A DNA stretch of 64,000 nucleotides from Mobula hypostoma. Lineage: Eukaryota. Of this stretch, positions 1 through 12,459 are shown piece after piece (the stretch's first letter is position 1; every line of letters starts with the position of its first letter). The notes beneath the pieces were generated by a model. The model was not told the origin of the DNA, ran no database searches, and was given only the letters and a program-made list of their open reading frames with translations. The stretch covers positions 248,001 through 312,000 of the forward strand of contig NW_026948113.1 of the NCBI RefSeq assembly GCF_963921235.1, read 5' to 3'. A program made the translations under genes and the position numbers.

Positions 1-990
1 GGTGTCCCACAAGGATCTGTTCTGGGTACTCTACTTCTCGTGATTTTTATTAATGACCTGGATGTGGGGGTAGAGGGGTGGGTTGTCAAGATTGCAGATA
101 ACACCAAGGTTGGTGGTGTTGTAGATAGTGTAGAGGATTGTCGAAGATTGCAGAGAGACATTGATAGGATGCAGAAGTGGGCTGAGAAGTGGCAGATGGA
201 GTTCAACCTGGAGAAGTGTGAGGTGGTACACTTTGGAAGGACAAACTCCAAGGCAGAGTACAAAGTAAATGGCAGGATACTTGGTAGTGTGGAGGAACAG
301 AGGGATCTAGGGGTACATGTCCACAGATCCCTGAAAGTTGCCTCACAGGTGGATAGGGTAGTTAAGAAAGCTTATGAGGTGTTAGCTTTCATAAGTTGAG
401 GGATAGAGTTTAAGAGTCGTGATGTAATGCCGCAGCTCTATAAAACTCTGGTTAGGCCACACTTGGAGTACTGTGTCCAGTTCTGGTCGCCTCACTATAG
501 GAAGGATGTGGAAGTATTGGAAAGGGTACAGAGGAGATTTACCAGGATGCTGCCTGGTTTAGAGAGTATGCATTATGATCAGAGATTAAGGGAGCTAGGG
601 CTTTACTCTTTGGAGAGAAGGAGGATAAGAGGAGACATGATAGAGGTGTACAAGATAATAAGAAGAATAGATAGAGTGTATAGCCAGTGTCTCTTCCCCA
701 GGGCAGCACTGCTCAATACAAGAGGACATGGCTTTAAGGTAAGGGGTGGGAAGTTCAAGGGGTATATTAGAGGAAGGTTTTTTCCTCGGAGAGTGGTTGG
801 TGCGTGGAATGCACTGCCTGGGTCAGTGGTGGAGGCAGATACACTAGTGAAGTTTAAGAGACTACTAGACAGGTATATGAAGGAATTTAAGGTGGGGGCT
901 TATATGGGAGGCAGGGTTTGAGGGTCAGCACAACATTGTGGGCCAAAGGGCCTGTACTGTGCTGTACTATTCTATGTTCTATGTTCTATG
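1..990 (+). mobile_element. CR1 LINE 3' portion (RT C-terminus, 3' UTR, (TTCTATG)n tail)
   Basis: ORFs 40-399 and 427-921 are one CR1 ORF2 split by an in-frame TGA at 397-399 (KIADNTKVGG, RPHLEYCVQFWSP). Microsatellite tail at 970-990. Confidence 0.92.
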
Positions 991-3870
991 AATGCAATGT
1001 TAGCATTTATTTTGAAAGGATTAGAATATAAAAACAAGGATGTAATGTTGAGGCTTTATAAGGCACTGGTGAGGCCTCACTTGGATTACTGTGAACAGGC
1101 TTGGGCCCCTTATGATAAGATGTGCTGACACTGGAGATGGATTAAAGGAGATTCATGAAAATGATTCCAAGACTGATCAGCTTGTCGTATGAAGAGCGTT
1201 TGAAGGCCCTGGGCCTTTATTCACTGGAATTCAGAAGAATGAGAGCTGACCTAATTGAAACTTACTGAATGATGAAAGGCCCTAATAGAGTAGATGTGGA
1301 GCGGATGTTTTCTATGGTGGAGCCTAGGACCAGAGGAATAACTGAGCATCCTTTTAGAATGGAGATGAGGAGGAATTTCTTGACCCAGAGAATGGTGAAT
1401 CTGTGGAATTCATTGTTACAGGCAGCTGTGGAGGCCAAGTCTTTATAGAAACATAGAAACATAGAAAATAGGTGCAGGAGTAGGCCATTCGGCACTTCGA
1501 GCCTGCACCGCCATTTATTATGATCATGGCTGATCATCCAACTCAGAACCCCGCCCCAGCCTTCCCTCCATACCCCCTGACCCCCGTAGCCACAAGGGCC
1601 ATATCTAACTCCCTCTTAAATATAGCCAATGAACTGGCCTCAACAGTTTCCTGTGGCAGAGAATTCCACAGATTCACCACTCTCTGTGTGAAGAAGTTTT
1701 TCCTAATCTCGGTCCTAAAAGGCTTCCCCTCTATCCTCAAACTGTGACCCCTCATTCTGGACTTCCCCAACATCGGGAACAATCTTCCTGCATCTAGCCT
1801 GTCCAATCCCTTTAGGATCTTATTCGTTTCAATCAGATCCCCCCTCAATCTTCTAAATTCCAACGAGTACAAGCCCAATTCATCCAGTCTTTCTTCATAT
1901 GAAAGTCCCGCCATCCCAGGAATCAATCTGGTGAACCTTCTTTGTACTCCCTCTATGGCAAAGATGTCTTTCCTCAGATTAGGGGACCAAAACTGCACAC
2001 AATACTCCAGGTGTGGTCTCACCAAGGCCTTGTACAACTGCAGTAGTACGTCCCTGCTCCTGTACTCAAATCCTCTCGCTATAAATGCCAGCATACCATT
2101 CGCCTTTTTCACCGCCTGCTGTACCTGCATGCCCACTTTCAATGACTGGTGTATAATGACACCCAGGTCTCGTTGCACCTCCCCTTTTCCTAATCGGCCA
2201 CCATTCAGATAATAATCTGTTTTCCTATTTTTGCCACCAAAGTGGATAACTTCACATTTATCCACATTAAATTGCATCTGCCATGAATTTGCCCACTCAC
2301 CCAATCTATCCAAGTCACCCTGCATCCTCTTAGCATCCTCCTCACTGCTAACACTGCCACCCAGCTTCGTGTCATCTGCAAACTTGGAGATGCTGCATTT
2401 AATTCCCTCATCCAAGTCATTAATATATATTGTAAACAACTGGGGTCCCAGCACTGAGCCTTGCGGTACCCCACTAGTCACCGCCTGCCATTCTGAAAAG
2501 GTCCCGTTTATTCCCACTCTTTGCTTCCTGTCTGCTAACCAATTCTCCACCCACACCAATACCTTACCCCCAATACCGTGTGCTTTAAGTTTGCACACTA
2601 ATCTCCTGTGTGGGACCTTGTCAAAAGCCTTTTGAAAATCCAAATATACCACATCCACTGGTTCTCCCCTATCCACTCTACTAGTTACATCCTCAAAAAA
2701 TTCTATGAGATTCGTCAGACATGATTTTCCTTTCACAAATCCATGCTGACTTTGTCCGATGATTTCACTGCTTTCCAAATGTGCTGTTATCACATCCTTG
2801 ATAACTGACTCCAGCAGTTTCCCCACCACCGACGTTAGGCTAACCGGTCTATAATTCCCCAGTTTCTCTCTCCCTCCTTTTTTAAAAAGTGGGGTTACAT
2901 TAGCCACCCTCCAATCCTCAGGAACTAGTCCAGAATCTAACGAGTTTTGAAAAATTATCAATAATGCATCCACTATTTCTTGGGCTACTTCTTTAAGCAC
3001 TCTGGGATGCAGACCATCTGGCCCTGGGGATTTATCTGCCTTCAATCCCTTCAATTTACCTAACACCACTTCCCTACTAACATGTATTTCGCTCAGTTCC
3101 TCCAACCCACTGGACCCTCTGTCCCTTACTATTTCTGGAAGATTATTTATGTCCTCCTAAGTGAAGACAGAACCAAAGTAACTATTCAATTGGTCTGCCA
3201 TGTCCTTGCTCCCCATAATCAATTCACCTGTTTCTGTCTGCAGGGGACCTACATTGTCTTTACCAGTCTTTTCCTTTTTACATATCTATAAAAGCTTTTA
3301 CAGTCCGTTTTTATGTTCCCTGCCAGTTTTCTCTCATAATCTTTCTTCCCCTTCCTAATTAAGCCCTTTGTCCTCCTCTGCTGAACTCTGAATTTCTCCC
3401 AGTCCTCAGGTGAGCCACTTTCTCTGGCTAATTTGTATGCTTCTTCTTTGGAATTGATACTATCCCTAATTTCTCTTGTCAGCCACGGGTGCACTACCTT
3501 CCTTGATTTATTCTTTTGCCAAATTGGGATGAACAATTGTTGTAGTTCATCCATGCAACCTTTAAATGCTTGCCATTGCATATCCACCGTCAATCCTTTA
3601 AGTGTCATTTGCCAGTCTATCTTAGCTAATTCACGTTCATACCTTCAAAGTTACCCCTCTTTAAGTTCAGAACCTTTGTTTCTGAATTAACTATGTATAT
3701 TTAAAGCAGAGATTGACAGATTCTTGACTGGTCAGAGCATGAAGGGATAAGATATGGGGAGAAGTCAAGAGATTGGGGCTGAGAGGGAAAAGAATTAACC
3801 ATGATGAAATGGTGGAGAAGACTCAATGAGCTAAATGGCCTAATTCTGCTCCTATAGCTTATGGTCTTAA
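991..3870 (+). mobile_element. Older CR1 3' fragment (991-1445 and about 3692-3870) split by a younger CR1
   Basis: Degenerate RPHLDYC..WAP coding sequence breaks at gaggccaagtcttt (1445) and resumes at tatatttaaagcagagattgacagattcttg (about 3692). Confidence 0.75.
1446..3690 (-). mobile_element. Young 5'-truncated CR1 LINE with 520-aa open RT ORF (1543-3105)
   Basis: Uninterrupted [33 protein letters not shown] and KFADD motifs. (ATAGAAAC)n tail at 1445-1467. Frameshifted upstream coding in 3249-3608. Confidence 0.95.
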
Positions 3871-4399
3871 AGTGAACCCCAACTCAATCTTTTATTTGGT
3901 GACATATATGTTCTTTGATAATAAATTTACTTTGAATTTCGAACTTTGGTTATGACTAGAATTAACTCATATATGAGCAAGGAAATGCAATTGCCTCCCA
4001 CCACAACAGATCTACAGCAGACACAATCTCACTGGCTCTCCATTTGACTTTGGAGCACCTGATCAATGACAATACTTGCATCAGGCTGCTGTAGTATGAC
4101 GAATTACTGGGTGAACAAGTAGTCTTCGGTGTACTGCAAGTTTGTGTCTTCATTGAAGCTTTGCTGCATGTTTGAGTGCTTAGTGGGAGGTGCAGATGCC
4201 TTTTTGCTGGTGGGGGGACCATCGCTTTGCTGCTACTTATGTGTGGGAGGGGGAGATGGGGGGCTTTGGGGATCTAAGATTTAATTGTCATTAATTCTTT
4301 GGGACACTCCTCTGTTTTCGTGGATGTCTGCGAAGAAAAAGAATTTCAGGATGTATATTGTATACATTTCTCTAACATTAAATGTACCTATTGAAACCT

Positions 4400-5360
4400 G
4401 GGTCTCTGCACCTCTTCCTGCAACCAGATTCATGACTCCTTACAGGAAACCACAGTCAGTTTGGATTGGAAATAACATCTCCTTCTCACTGGCACAACCT
4501 CAAGGATGGGTGCTTAGCCCACTACTCTACTGTTTCTACATCATGACTGTTTGTTTAGAGACAGCTCAAACACCATCAATAAATTCATCAATGACACCAC
4601 TATTGTGGGCAGAATTCCAAATGGTGACAAAGAGGCAGACAAAATGAGATGCATCAGCTGGTTGAGTGGTATCACAATAACAATCTTGCACTCAAATTCA
4701 GCAAGAACAAGGAGTTGATTGCAGACTTCAGGAAGCTGAAGTCACGAGAACACATACCAATCCCCATTGAGAAGTCAGTGTTAGAAAGGGTGAACAGCTT
4801 CAACTTACTGGACATCAACATCTCAGGGGATCTACCCTGAGCCAAAAATATTGATGCAATCATGTAGAAGGCACAGCAGTAACTACACTCCATTAAGGAT
4901 TTGAGGAGATTTGGTGTATCATCTGCAGATTTCTACAGATGTATCATGGACAGCATTCAGACTATTTGCATTATCGGTTGGTATGGAGAATCCAATGTAC
5001 AGGATGAAAAGATCCTGCGGGAGGCTTGTGACTCAACCAGCTCCAGCATGGCCACAAGCCTCCCTACCATCGAGTACATCCTCAAAAGTCAGTGCCTCAA
5101 GAAAGGTGGCATTCATTATTAAGGGCAACATGCCTTCTTCTGATTACTGCTATCAGGGAGGAGGTACAGGAGCTTGAAGACCCACAGTCAATGTTTTTAA
5201 AACTGATTCAGTCCCCCACCATCAGATTTCTGAATGGTCTATGAACACTACTTTACTATTCCTCTTCCGCACTATTTATTGTATTTTTTGTAAAAATTTA
5301 ATTACTTTTATGTCTTGCAGAGTACGACTGCTCAAATTTCATGACATACTTTGGTGATAA
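4400..5360 (+). mobile_element. Rex1/Babar-type LINE 3' fragment
   Basis: Degenerate PQGWVLSPLLY and LVEWYHNNNLAL...KELIADFRK RT/C-terminal motifs typical of the Rex1 clade. Confidence 0.8.
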
Positions 5361-5928
5361 TAAACCTGATTCTGACTCACACTAAAACATAGGAGGAACA
5401 TTGTACGGCTTATAAGTTTGTCAGATACAAAAATAGGACAGATAGTCCTATTTAGACGATAGACAGAGTCCCTTTCCCAGGACAGGGGAGTTCAGAACCT
5501 GAGAGCATATATTTAAGGTGAGAGTGGGGAATGTTAAATGGGATTTGAGGGTGAAGATTTTCCATTCAAATGGGTAGGGCTATCTAAAATGAACTGCCAG
5601 AGGCAGTGGTGCACATGACATTTATAAGACATTTGGACAGATACACGAGGTTCTGCAGATGTTGGAAATATTGAGCAACATGCACAAAATGCTGGAGGAA
5701 CTCATAAAGTCATGTAACATCTATGGAGGGCAAACAAAAGTAGGACATGGAAAGTAAATTGTAAGACTATGGTTGGTTGGTTGACAAAGAAAGCTTGGGA
5801 TATTTCCAGAAATCTTTGAACATGGCATCACTGATTGATAGGGTGTTGAGGGAGGTCAATGTCTTTTGACTGCAGGGAGGTATCTATGGAAAATAGTGCC
5901 TATGGCAAGCACTGAAATTGTGCCCCTG

Positions 5929-6273
5929 AGCAATAGTCATAGTCATAGTCATACTTTATTGATCCCGGGGGAAATTGGTTTTCGTTACAGTTGCACCATA
6001 AATAATAAATAGTAATAGAAATAGTAATAGTAATATTAATAGTAATAGTAATGGAAATAATAAATAGTAATAGAAAAATAGTAATAAATAGTTAAATAGC
6101 TATATGTAAATTATGCCAGTAAATTATAAAATAAGTCCAGGACCAGTCTATTGGCTCAGAGTGTCTGACTCTCCAAGGGAGGAGTTGTAAAGTTTGATGG
6201 CCACAGGCAGGAATGACTTTCTATGACGCTCTGTGCTGCATCTCGGAGAAATGAGTCTCTGGCTGAATGTACT
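5929..6273 (-). mobile_element. LINE (Rex1-like) 3' tail fragment nested in the hAT end, with (CATAGT)n and (AATAGT)n repeats
   Basis: (catagt)n tail plus tttatt at 5935-5960; AT-rich microsatellite 6000-6095; degenerate C-terminal coding 6130-6270. Confidence 0.6.
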
Positions 6274-7344
6274 ACACCCATCCTTTAGATAACTTTACCA
6301 TAATATCAGCTCAAAAATACAAGTCAAGCTCGTTAATCTTTTAATTAGCAAATTATGGCACTACATGAAAATTGTAACCGCACCTTCCTTGCTTTCACTG
6401 ATGCAAATTGGTCTATGACGTGATCAAAGTCAGTTTTTTTCAGTTTCTTCTCTTTCTACACTCAGCAGAGCAAGATCACAGAGTCTGCCTTGACCCATAG
6501 AGGCTCTCAAATATGAAAGTATTAGTCCTAACTTGCTGAATGATCTCTCACAGCTGGCGATGGAAACTGCGATGGTTAGCATTATCTGAATAGCAATGCG
6601 AAGATTGGGGAAGACGCTCTCATCTCCTTACTGAACAATAAATTCAAGAAGCTCTTCAGGTCTTGATATTTTCATGTTGACCTGCCTTGATAGCAACATC
6701 CTGCAGTCCAAAATTTCTTCATATAGCTGCTGTCCATCAACATCAGATCTGTACAAATCGCCCAAATTTTCGCACTTCTTCTTTCGGTCGTTACTGTCGG
6801 CGCCGTAACGCAGTCCCTCGACATCGAAAAGGAACCCGAACTTGGTGTCAGTGTCGTGCGAACCTTTCGTCCATTTATCTGTGAAGACGGTCGAGTGTTC
6901 CCTTCATGACTCTTTCCATGTCCTCTTTAGCTGTTAACCCAGCGTCTCTCGAGTTCGCATCAGCCATTCGTTTCTTTCGTCTCTGACGTCTTTCAACTTA
7001 TTCCATTCTTGACGAGACCGACTCCTTCTTCGAGTGACTTACTGACCAACACTTCTCTTTCATCATAAAAATGATCTCGGAAGGCTTTCAAATCCAGGGC
7101 AGTATTGTGGAAGTTCATGCGAGGATCCTTCAGCCTCTTTTGAATACGGTCAATGCGAATGAGTACTTTGTTCCAAAATTCTAGCAAAATCAGAAGATCG
7201 TAACTCAACATGCGGTTGTTCAGCTGCGTTGCTTCACTTCTTGTTTAACTGGTCTTGTTTTCATTGTCTATCATGTCCTGGAGAACTTGAAGTGTCTCCC
7301 CGAGGTACTTGTTGACAGACGTCACTGCTTCTGTCCTTACACTC

Positions 7345-8170
7345 TGTTACGTATCCCGTAACTGGGTTGCCAAACCAGCAGAAATGGATCACTCAGTTGG
7401 AGTCTGGATTACTAGAATTAAGAAAGTTTTATTAAAGAAACAAGCAACACAGTACTCTAATCAAAAGGATAATAAATGCAACAGTTCAGCAATGATAAAC
7501 ATACATGTACACAGAATTCAGATAACAGGATCAATCAAGCTCTGTCGTTGTCTAGGGGCAAATGACCAGTTTCAAAGTGACGCAAAGTTCAGTTCAATTC
7601 GCAGTAATCGTTGCCGTGGCGATGGACGGTGGGGGAAGGAGAGAGAGAGCAAAAACGAATGAATATTCAAACGGCTTCCACACACAGACCTTCGCAGTCA
7701 GCTGTCGGGCGAGTCCTTTGTGATGTCATCTGAGGTCACCGACCGTGACCCCTCCGTTTCCAGATACGATCGTTTCCCTGCGCTGAACCTGGCACCCAGG
7801 CAAGGGTGGACACACACCAGGTTCCCGTCGATCGTGCCTTTCCACCCTGTGCGTTTATGGCCCGATACTTCCCACCGACTTGTGAGAGACGCACGGCTTC
7901 CAGGGTCTTGTTACCTCGGGTGTCGTGTGTGTCCTGCCTTAGCAAACCTGTCCCTTTTTATCCCCCTGCTGGGGTATCGCCTGTCCATCACTTCAAACAG
8001 TTCAGGGTTCAAAGGGGGAGCCGCTCTTGACAGCTCTCCTTCCCCTTCATTACACATCTCCATTGCTGCTCCATTGTTTTCCTTATCTCTCTCTCCTGAA
8101 GACAGGTGGCAGACCAACTGCTGATCACACAGGACAGCTAACATCTTAATCTATGTGTATTCTTGTCACA
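7345..8170 (-). mobile_element. Solo LTR (Gypsy-like, 826 bp) inserted in the hAT transposase
   Basis: TGTTAC...GTCACA termini with a perfect 4-bp TSD ACTC (7341-7344 and 8171-8174). AATAAA lies near the minus-strand 3' end. Removing it restores the ETRWS-VRTEAV frame. Confidence 0.9.
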
Positions 8171-8949
8171 ACTCCACCTGGTTTCGGACTCTGATTTAAC
8201 GACCACAGGTACGGCGTTTTTGAGTTTTTTCCAGCGCTGTGTTGAACGGGGGGAAAAACACATAGAGAGCTTCGATGGTTCCAAAAAACGTGACCATCGT
8301 TGTATCCTGCTTGACTGCATGTGCACACACCAAGTTGAGTGAGTGACTGCCGCAATTCGCAAACACTGCCAGGTTGTTTTTCTCAGTTATTCTTTGATGA
8401 ACACCGCCTTGTGTCCAGCCATCACATCACCGTGGTCATTGCACAGTGGCCGACAATCTTGTAGCTCCATTTCATCCTTCTCTAGCTGTTTCAAGATGTC
8501 TTCAACCAAGCCCTCAGCATCCTTCTGGCTTATTTGGATAAAACCAAGGAAGGACACTCTAACACGGACTGTTTTCCTCTCAAAATCAACTTCCACATAC
8601 CTCACTACTTTTAACATCTGCTCAAGGTGTGCCTGATCTGGAGTCGAGTAGAACATGAGACCATAGTACAAAGTACTTGGCTTTACGAATGCTTCTCAGT
8701 AAACTCTGGCGAACAGTGGATGCCACCATGTGGATGAATTCGTTTTGGACACCGGGTAAAAGATAAGACGTGGATCCAGGATGACTTTTCAGATGAGTGA
8801 GGTGTTCTTTTTATGACAGGGTCAAAGATGGTCAGTAGTTTCAGTAAGCCAAGGAAATTTCCCACGTTGGAGTCATCGTCTAGCTGAAGTGAATCCCTGT
8901 GTCCTCGCAAAGCCGGGTTCTGAGTCCTAAGGAATTTTATGCAGTGAAG

Positions 8950-9536
8950 CAACACCCGCAACACGCTGGAGGGACTCAGCAGGTTGGGCAGCATCCGTGG
9001 AAATGATGAGTCAACGTTTCGGGCCGGAACCCTTCGTCACAACTGTAGAGGGAAGGGGCAGAGGCCGTATAAAGAAGGTGGGGGGAGGGTGGGAAGGAGA
9101 AGGCTGGTAGGTACCAGGTGAAAAACCAGTAAGGGGAAAGAATGGAGGGGGAGGGAATTACCGGAAATCCCAATGTCACTCTGCCCCCTCCCCCAGCTGC
9201 CTATCACCTCCCTCATGGTTCCGCCTCCTTCTACTACCTATTGTGTTTTCCCCTATTCCTTCTTCACCTTTCCTGCCTATCACTTCCCTGCTTCCCCTCC
9301 CCCACCCCTTTATCTTTCCCCTTACTGGTTTTTCACCTGGAACCTACCAGCCTTCTCCTTCCCACCCTCCCCCCACCTTCTTTATAGGGCCTCTGCCCCT
9401 TCCCTCTACAGTCCTGATGAAGGGTTCCGGCCCGAAACATCAACTCATCATTTCCACAGATGCTGCCCGACCTGCTGAGTTCCTCCAGCGTGTTGTGAGT
9501 GTTGCTTTGACCCCAGCATCTGCGGAGTATTTTGTG
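8950..9536. mobile_element. Penelope-like fold-back insertion (about 200-bp inverted arms) in the hAT transposase
   Basis: 8950-9145 is a near-identical reverse complement of about 9310-9505. A 14-bp TSD tttatgcagtgaag / tttatgctgtgaag flanks it. Removal restores NLHSIKFLRTQN. Confidence 0.8.
9409..9446 (+). ncRNA. Minimal type I hammerhead ribozyme motif (partly decayed) in the Penelope-like repeat
   Basis: CAGUC-CUGAUGA-A-GGG(UUCCGG)CCC-GAAA-CA-UC-AACUC. The catalytic core is intact; stem I and the palindromic stem III loop carry CpG-type decay relative to the consensus GAAACGUC-GACUG seen in other copies. Confidence 0.55.
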
Positions 9537-10709
9537 TTTATGCTGTGAAGGTTTCTCGTCAAGATATCACACCACTTCTGCTTCTCCTTCTCAATCTGTG
9601 ACTGAAATACCACGTCAATACCTCTTCTGTTTCCAGCTAAATTTCTTTCCATTTCTTTCCACTGTGTGAAGCATTCCCGATGATTCTTGGCATTTTCATG
9701 AACACCACTCCTTTCAGGTGCTTTCCACTAGTTGAATCCACTTTCCTGCTCCAATGAGGATTGATGGTCTGACCGGGAATAGAGAAGACAACAGATACAA
9801 AATGCAGACTTTTTAAAAAGGGGAATAGACCAGTCATGAGTGAGTCACTTCCTCACCACGACCATTTCCCAATTTCCACTTGAACCAAGTTTTGTTCATT
9901 GAGCAGTTATTTGTTGGTAGGAAAGGTCCCTCACTGTCTTGGAAATACTTCAAACCCAGCTTTATTATTTTTGTTCTCAACGCGTCAGGCAGAATTGCTT
10001 TTCCAGTATCCTTGTCGAACTTCAGAAGTCCAGTGTCATGCTGTTCAATCACTTCTGGTATGACAGTTCGAGGCTCTTTGACACCATCTAGTTCACTGGA
10101 TTCAGTGTCATCAGGTTCAATCTCATCAGGTAAAATCTCGTCAATAAACTCAACATTATCATCACCACCATTGTCTTCCTCTCCTGTCATGTCCACGTTC
10201 TCTGTGGCAGCCTCACTCTTAATTTCGTCATACTCGGATTTAACTGACTTGACTTCCTCCTCGGCTTGTGATGCATTTGTACTTGATCCACCTTTGGATT
10301 CTAACAAACTTGTAGCAGGTGCAGGCGACTCCAAGGAACGTGTCGAACTACTTGTTCCAGGCTTTTCAAAGAAGGGCATGAAGAACTTGCTCGACTTCTT
10401 GGCTTCCTCTGCATCCCACTTTTGTCTCTTCTGTCCTTCAGCTCCACTTTGCTTCTCTTTGTCAAGAAACATTTCAAGGTCTTCTTGCACAATGCTCTGA
10501 AATAAGGCCATCCTAGTGCTTATCACCCCCTTCAAGTGGTGCCCAAGGCACGTGGCATATCTGCCATACCTTAGATATGCCACTGTTTGGCTATCTTTAT
10601 TTGCTGTGGCATAGAATATGTCAGCAGGGATGTCACATTATAGCTTTCTAAAACATTTGTTAGACATGCTTGAGGTATCGTGCACAGTTTTGATGGTAAA
10701 AGTTATTTC

Positions 10710-11060
10710 TCAGACCCTCCTTCTGGTTCCCTTCTTCCTCCCTTTATTCCATGGTCCACTATCCTCTCCTATTCAATTCCCTCTTCTTCAGCCCTTTACC
10801 TCTTCCACTTACCACCTCCAAACTTCTCACTTTATCGTCCAGACCCACCCTCCACCCTCCCCCTCACTTGGTCTTACCTTCCAGCTTGTACAACTCCCCC
10901 TCTCCCCCCTACCCACCAACATCTTATTCTGGTCTCTGGCCTCTTTCCAGTCATGATGAAGGGTTTCAGCCCGAAACATCAACTGTTCATTCCCCTCCTT
11001 AGATGCTGCCTGACTTGCTGAGTCCCTCCAGTATTTTGTGTGTGTTTCTCAAGATTTCCA
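10710..11060 (+). mobile_element. Penelope-like 3' repeat fragment
   Basis: C/T-rich tract, then cagtcatgatgaagggtttcagcccgaaacatcaactg and the gatgctgcctgacttgctgagtccctccagt family signature. Confidence 0.7.
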
Positions 11061-12459
11061 GCGTTGGCAGAATCTCTTGTATCTCTAAATCTCTTACCTC
11101 TTGCCCTAAGCCCATGTCTTCCAGTCATAAGCATCTCCTCTATAAAAAATATTCCCTCCTCCTTATCCTATCTATGCCCTTCAAATTCAGGTATCACCTC
11201 AGCCTCTTCCTCTCCAAGGAAAACAAGTTCAGCCTATCCAGTCTCTCCTCATAACTAACAACTTCCTTGTGAATCCCCTCTGCTCCCTCCTGTGTGCAAT
11301 CACATCCTTCCTGCAGTGTGCCCACCAGAACTGCAGGACCCCTCTACCTTTAGACACTTTCACTATGGAATATCTTGCTTTAATATTGTGTTAATAGAGG
11401 AGTTGTTAATATTTCTTTTGTTGATCATGTTACACTTACGTAGCATGAACATCACTGAGCATATAGGTATTACGTACCAGTCATGCCTGTATGTTCCCTG
11501 TATTTTTCTGTGCACAGGCTCAGACTGCTTCATCATCCTTAGTGGTTGCAAATGGAATTGAACATTACGAGATTATCTGTGGACATCCCAAATTGATCTT
11601 GCGATGGAAGTAATATTAGACTGAGATTCTTATCTGATCTGGAGCCTGCTGAGCTTCAGGATGCTGGTTATTGCTGAATACATGAGTGCATGTGTCTTTC
11701 TTGAGGCATCAACAGCCTCTGAAGCATTCAAATTCTCCTGTTGCCTCTGCCTCCAGACAAATTACATATGCTATCCTTATTCTTTTCACACACCTACCTT
11801 AAAAGTTATAGAAAGATACAGCAATGGAAGCATGACAGTCAGTTTGGATGCACTGGCCCTTTGGCCCTGTGCGTCCACACTGTCCACCAACTACCCATTT
11901 ACACTAATCCTGTATTAATTCTAGTGTTGCTAATACACCACACATTCTCACCTAAAGAGACGAGGCAACTTATAATGACAACTTAACCTACTAACCCACA
12001 CATCTTTGGGATGTGGAGGAAATTGGAGCACCAGGGGAAAAGCCACACCTAATATTCTCTCTTCTGCCATCCCCGCCCCCCCACCCCCACCAACACTGGG
12101 TCAAAGATACAAAAGCCTAAAGTCACATATCTCCAGGTGCAAAGACAGTTTCTGCTGTGCTGTTATAGGACTATTGAATGGTCACCTAGAATAATAAGAT
12201 GGACTCCTGCATCTGATTATCTGCATGCACCACACTTTCTCAGTACTGTAACTGTACCATTTTATACTGCACTCTGTTATTACAGTTTTCCCTTCTACTA
12301 CCTCAGTGTACTGTTGTAACGAAATGATCTCTGTACGGCTGGCATGAACATTACTGACCACATACCAGTCATGCCTGAATGTTCTCAGTTCAGATTTTCA
12401 TTGTATCTCAATACATGTGAGAATAATAAACCAATTTATTATTGGTTTGGTTACTATAT

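Larger units (their letters stand above)
5873..10585 (-). mobile_element. hAT DNA transposon (ZMYM1-like transposase: TTF zinc finger, DUF4371, RNaseH-like core, dimerisation domain), disrupted and carrying nested insertions
   Basis: Imperfect TIRs CAGGGAGGTATCTA / CAGTGGCATATCTA with an 8-bp TSD tttgactg / tttggcta. Frameshifted coding includes MFLDKEKQSGAEGQKRQK, LRGHR, NCGSHSLNL (CxxH), ETRWS and ASCERSFSKL. Confidence 0.9.

Noticed and set aside
1931-2635. Plus-strand ORFs of 93 and 134 aa
   Set aside because: They are antisense shadows of the intact CR1 RT frame.
5929-6100. Regular short repeats as a CRISPR-like array
   Set aside because: These are microsatellite LINE tails with no unique spacers, in eukaryotic DNA.
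9834-10583. 249-aa acidic ORF as a novel host gene
   Set aside because: It is the N-terminal part of the hAT transposase. Its first ATG lies inside the TIR, and the frame breaks just before the TTF zinc finger.
11516-11612. Possible plus-strand exon (AQTASSSLVVANGIEHYEIICGHPKLILRWK)
   Set aside because: It has an acceptor-like context and a short open frame, but no recognisable homology or partner exons.
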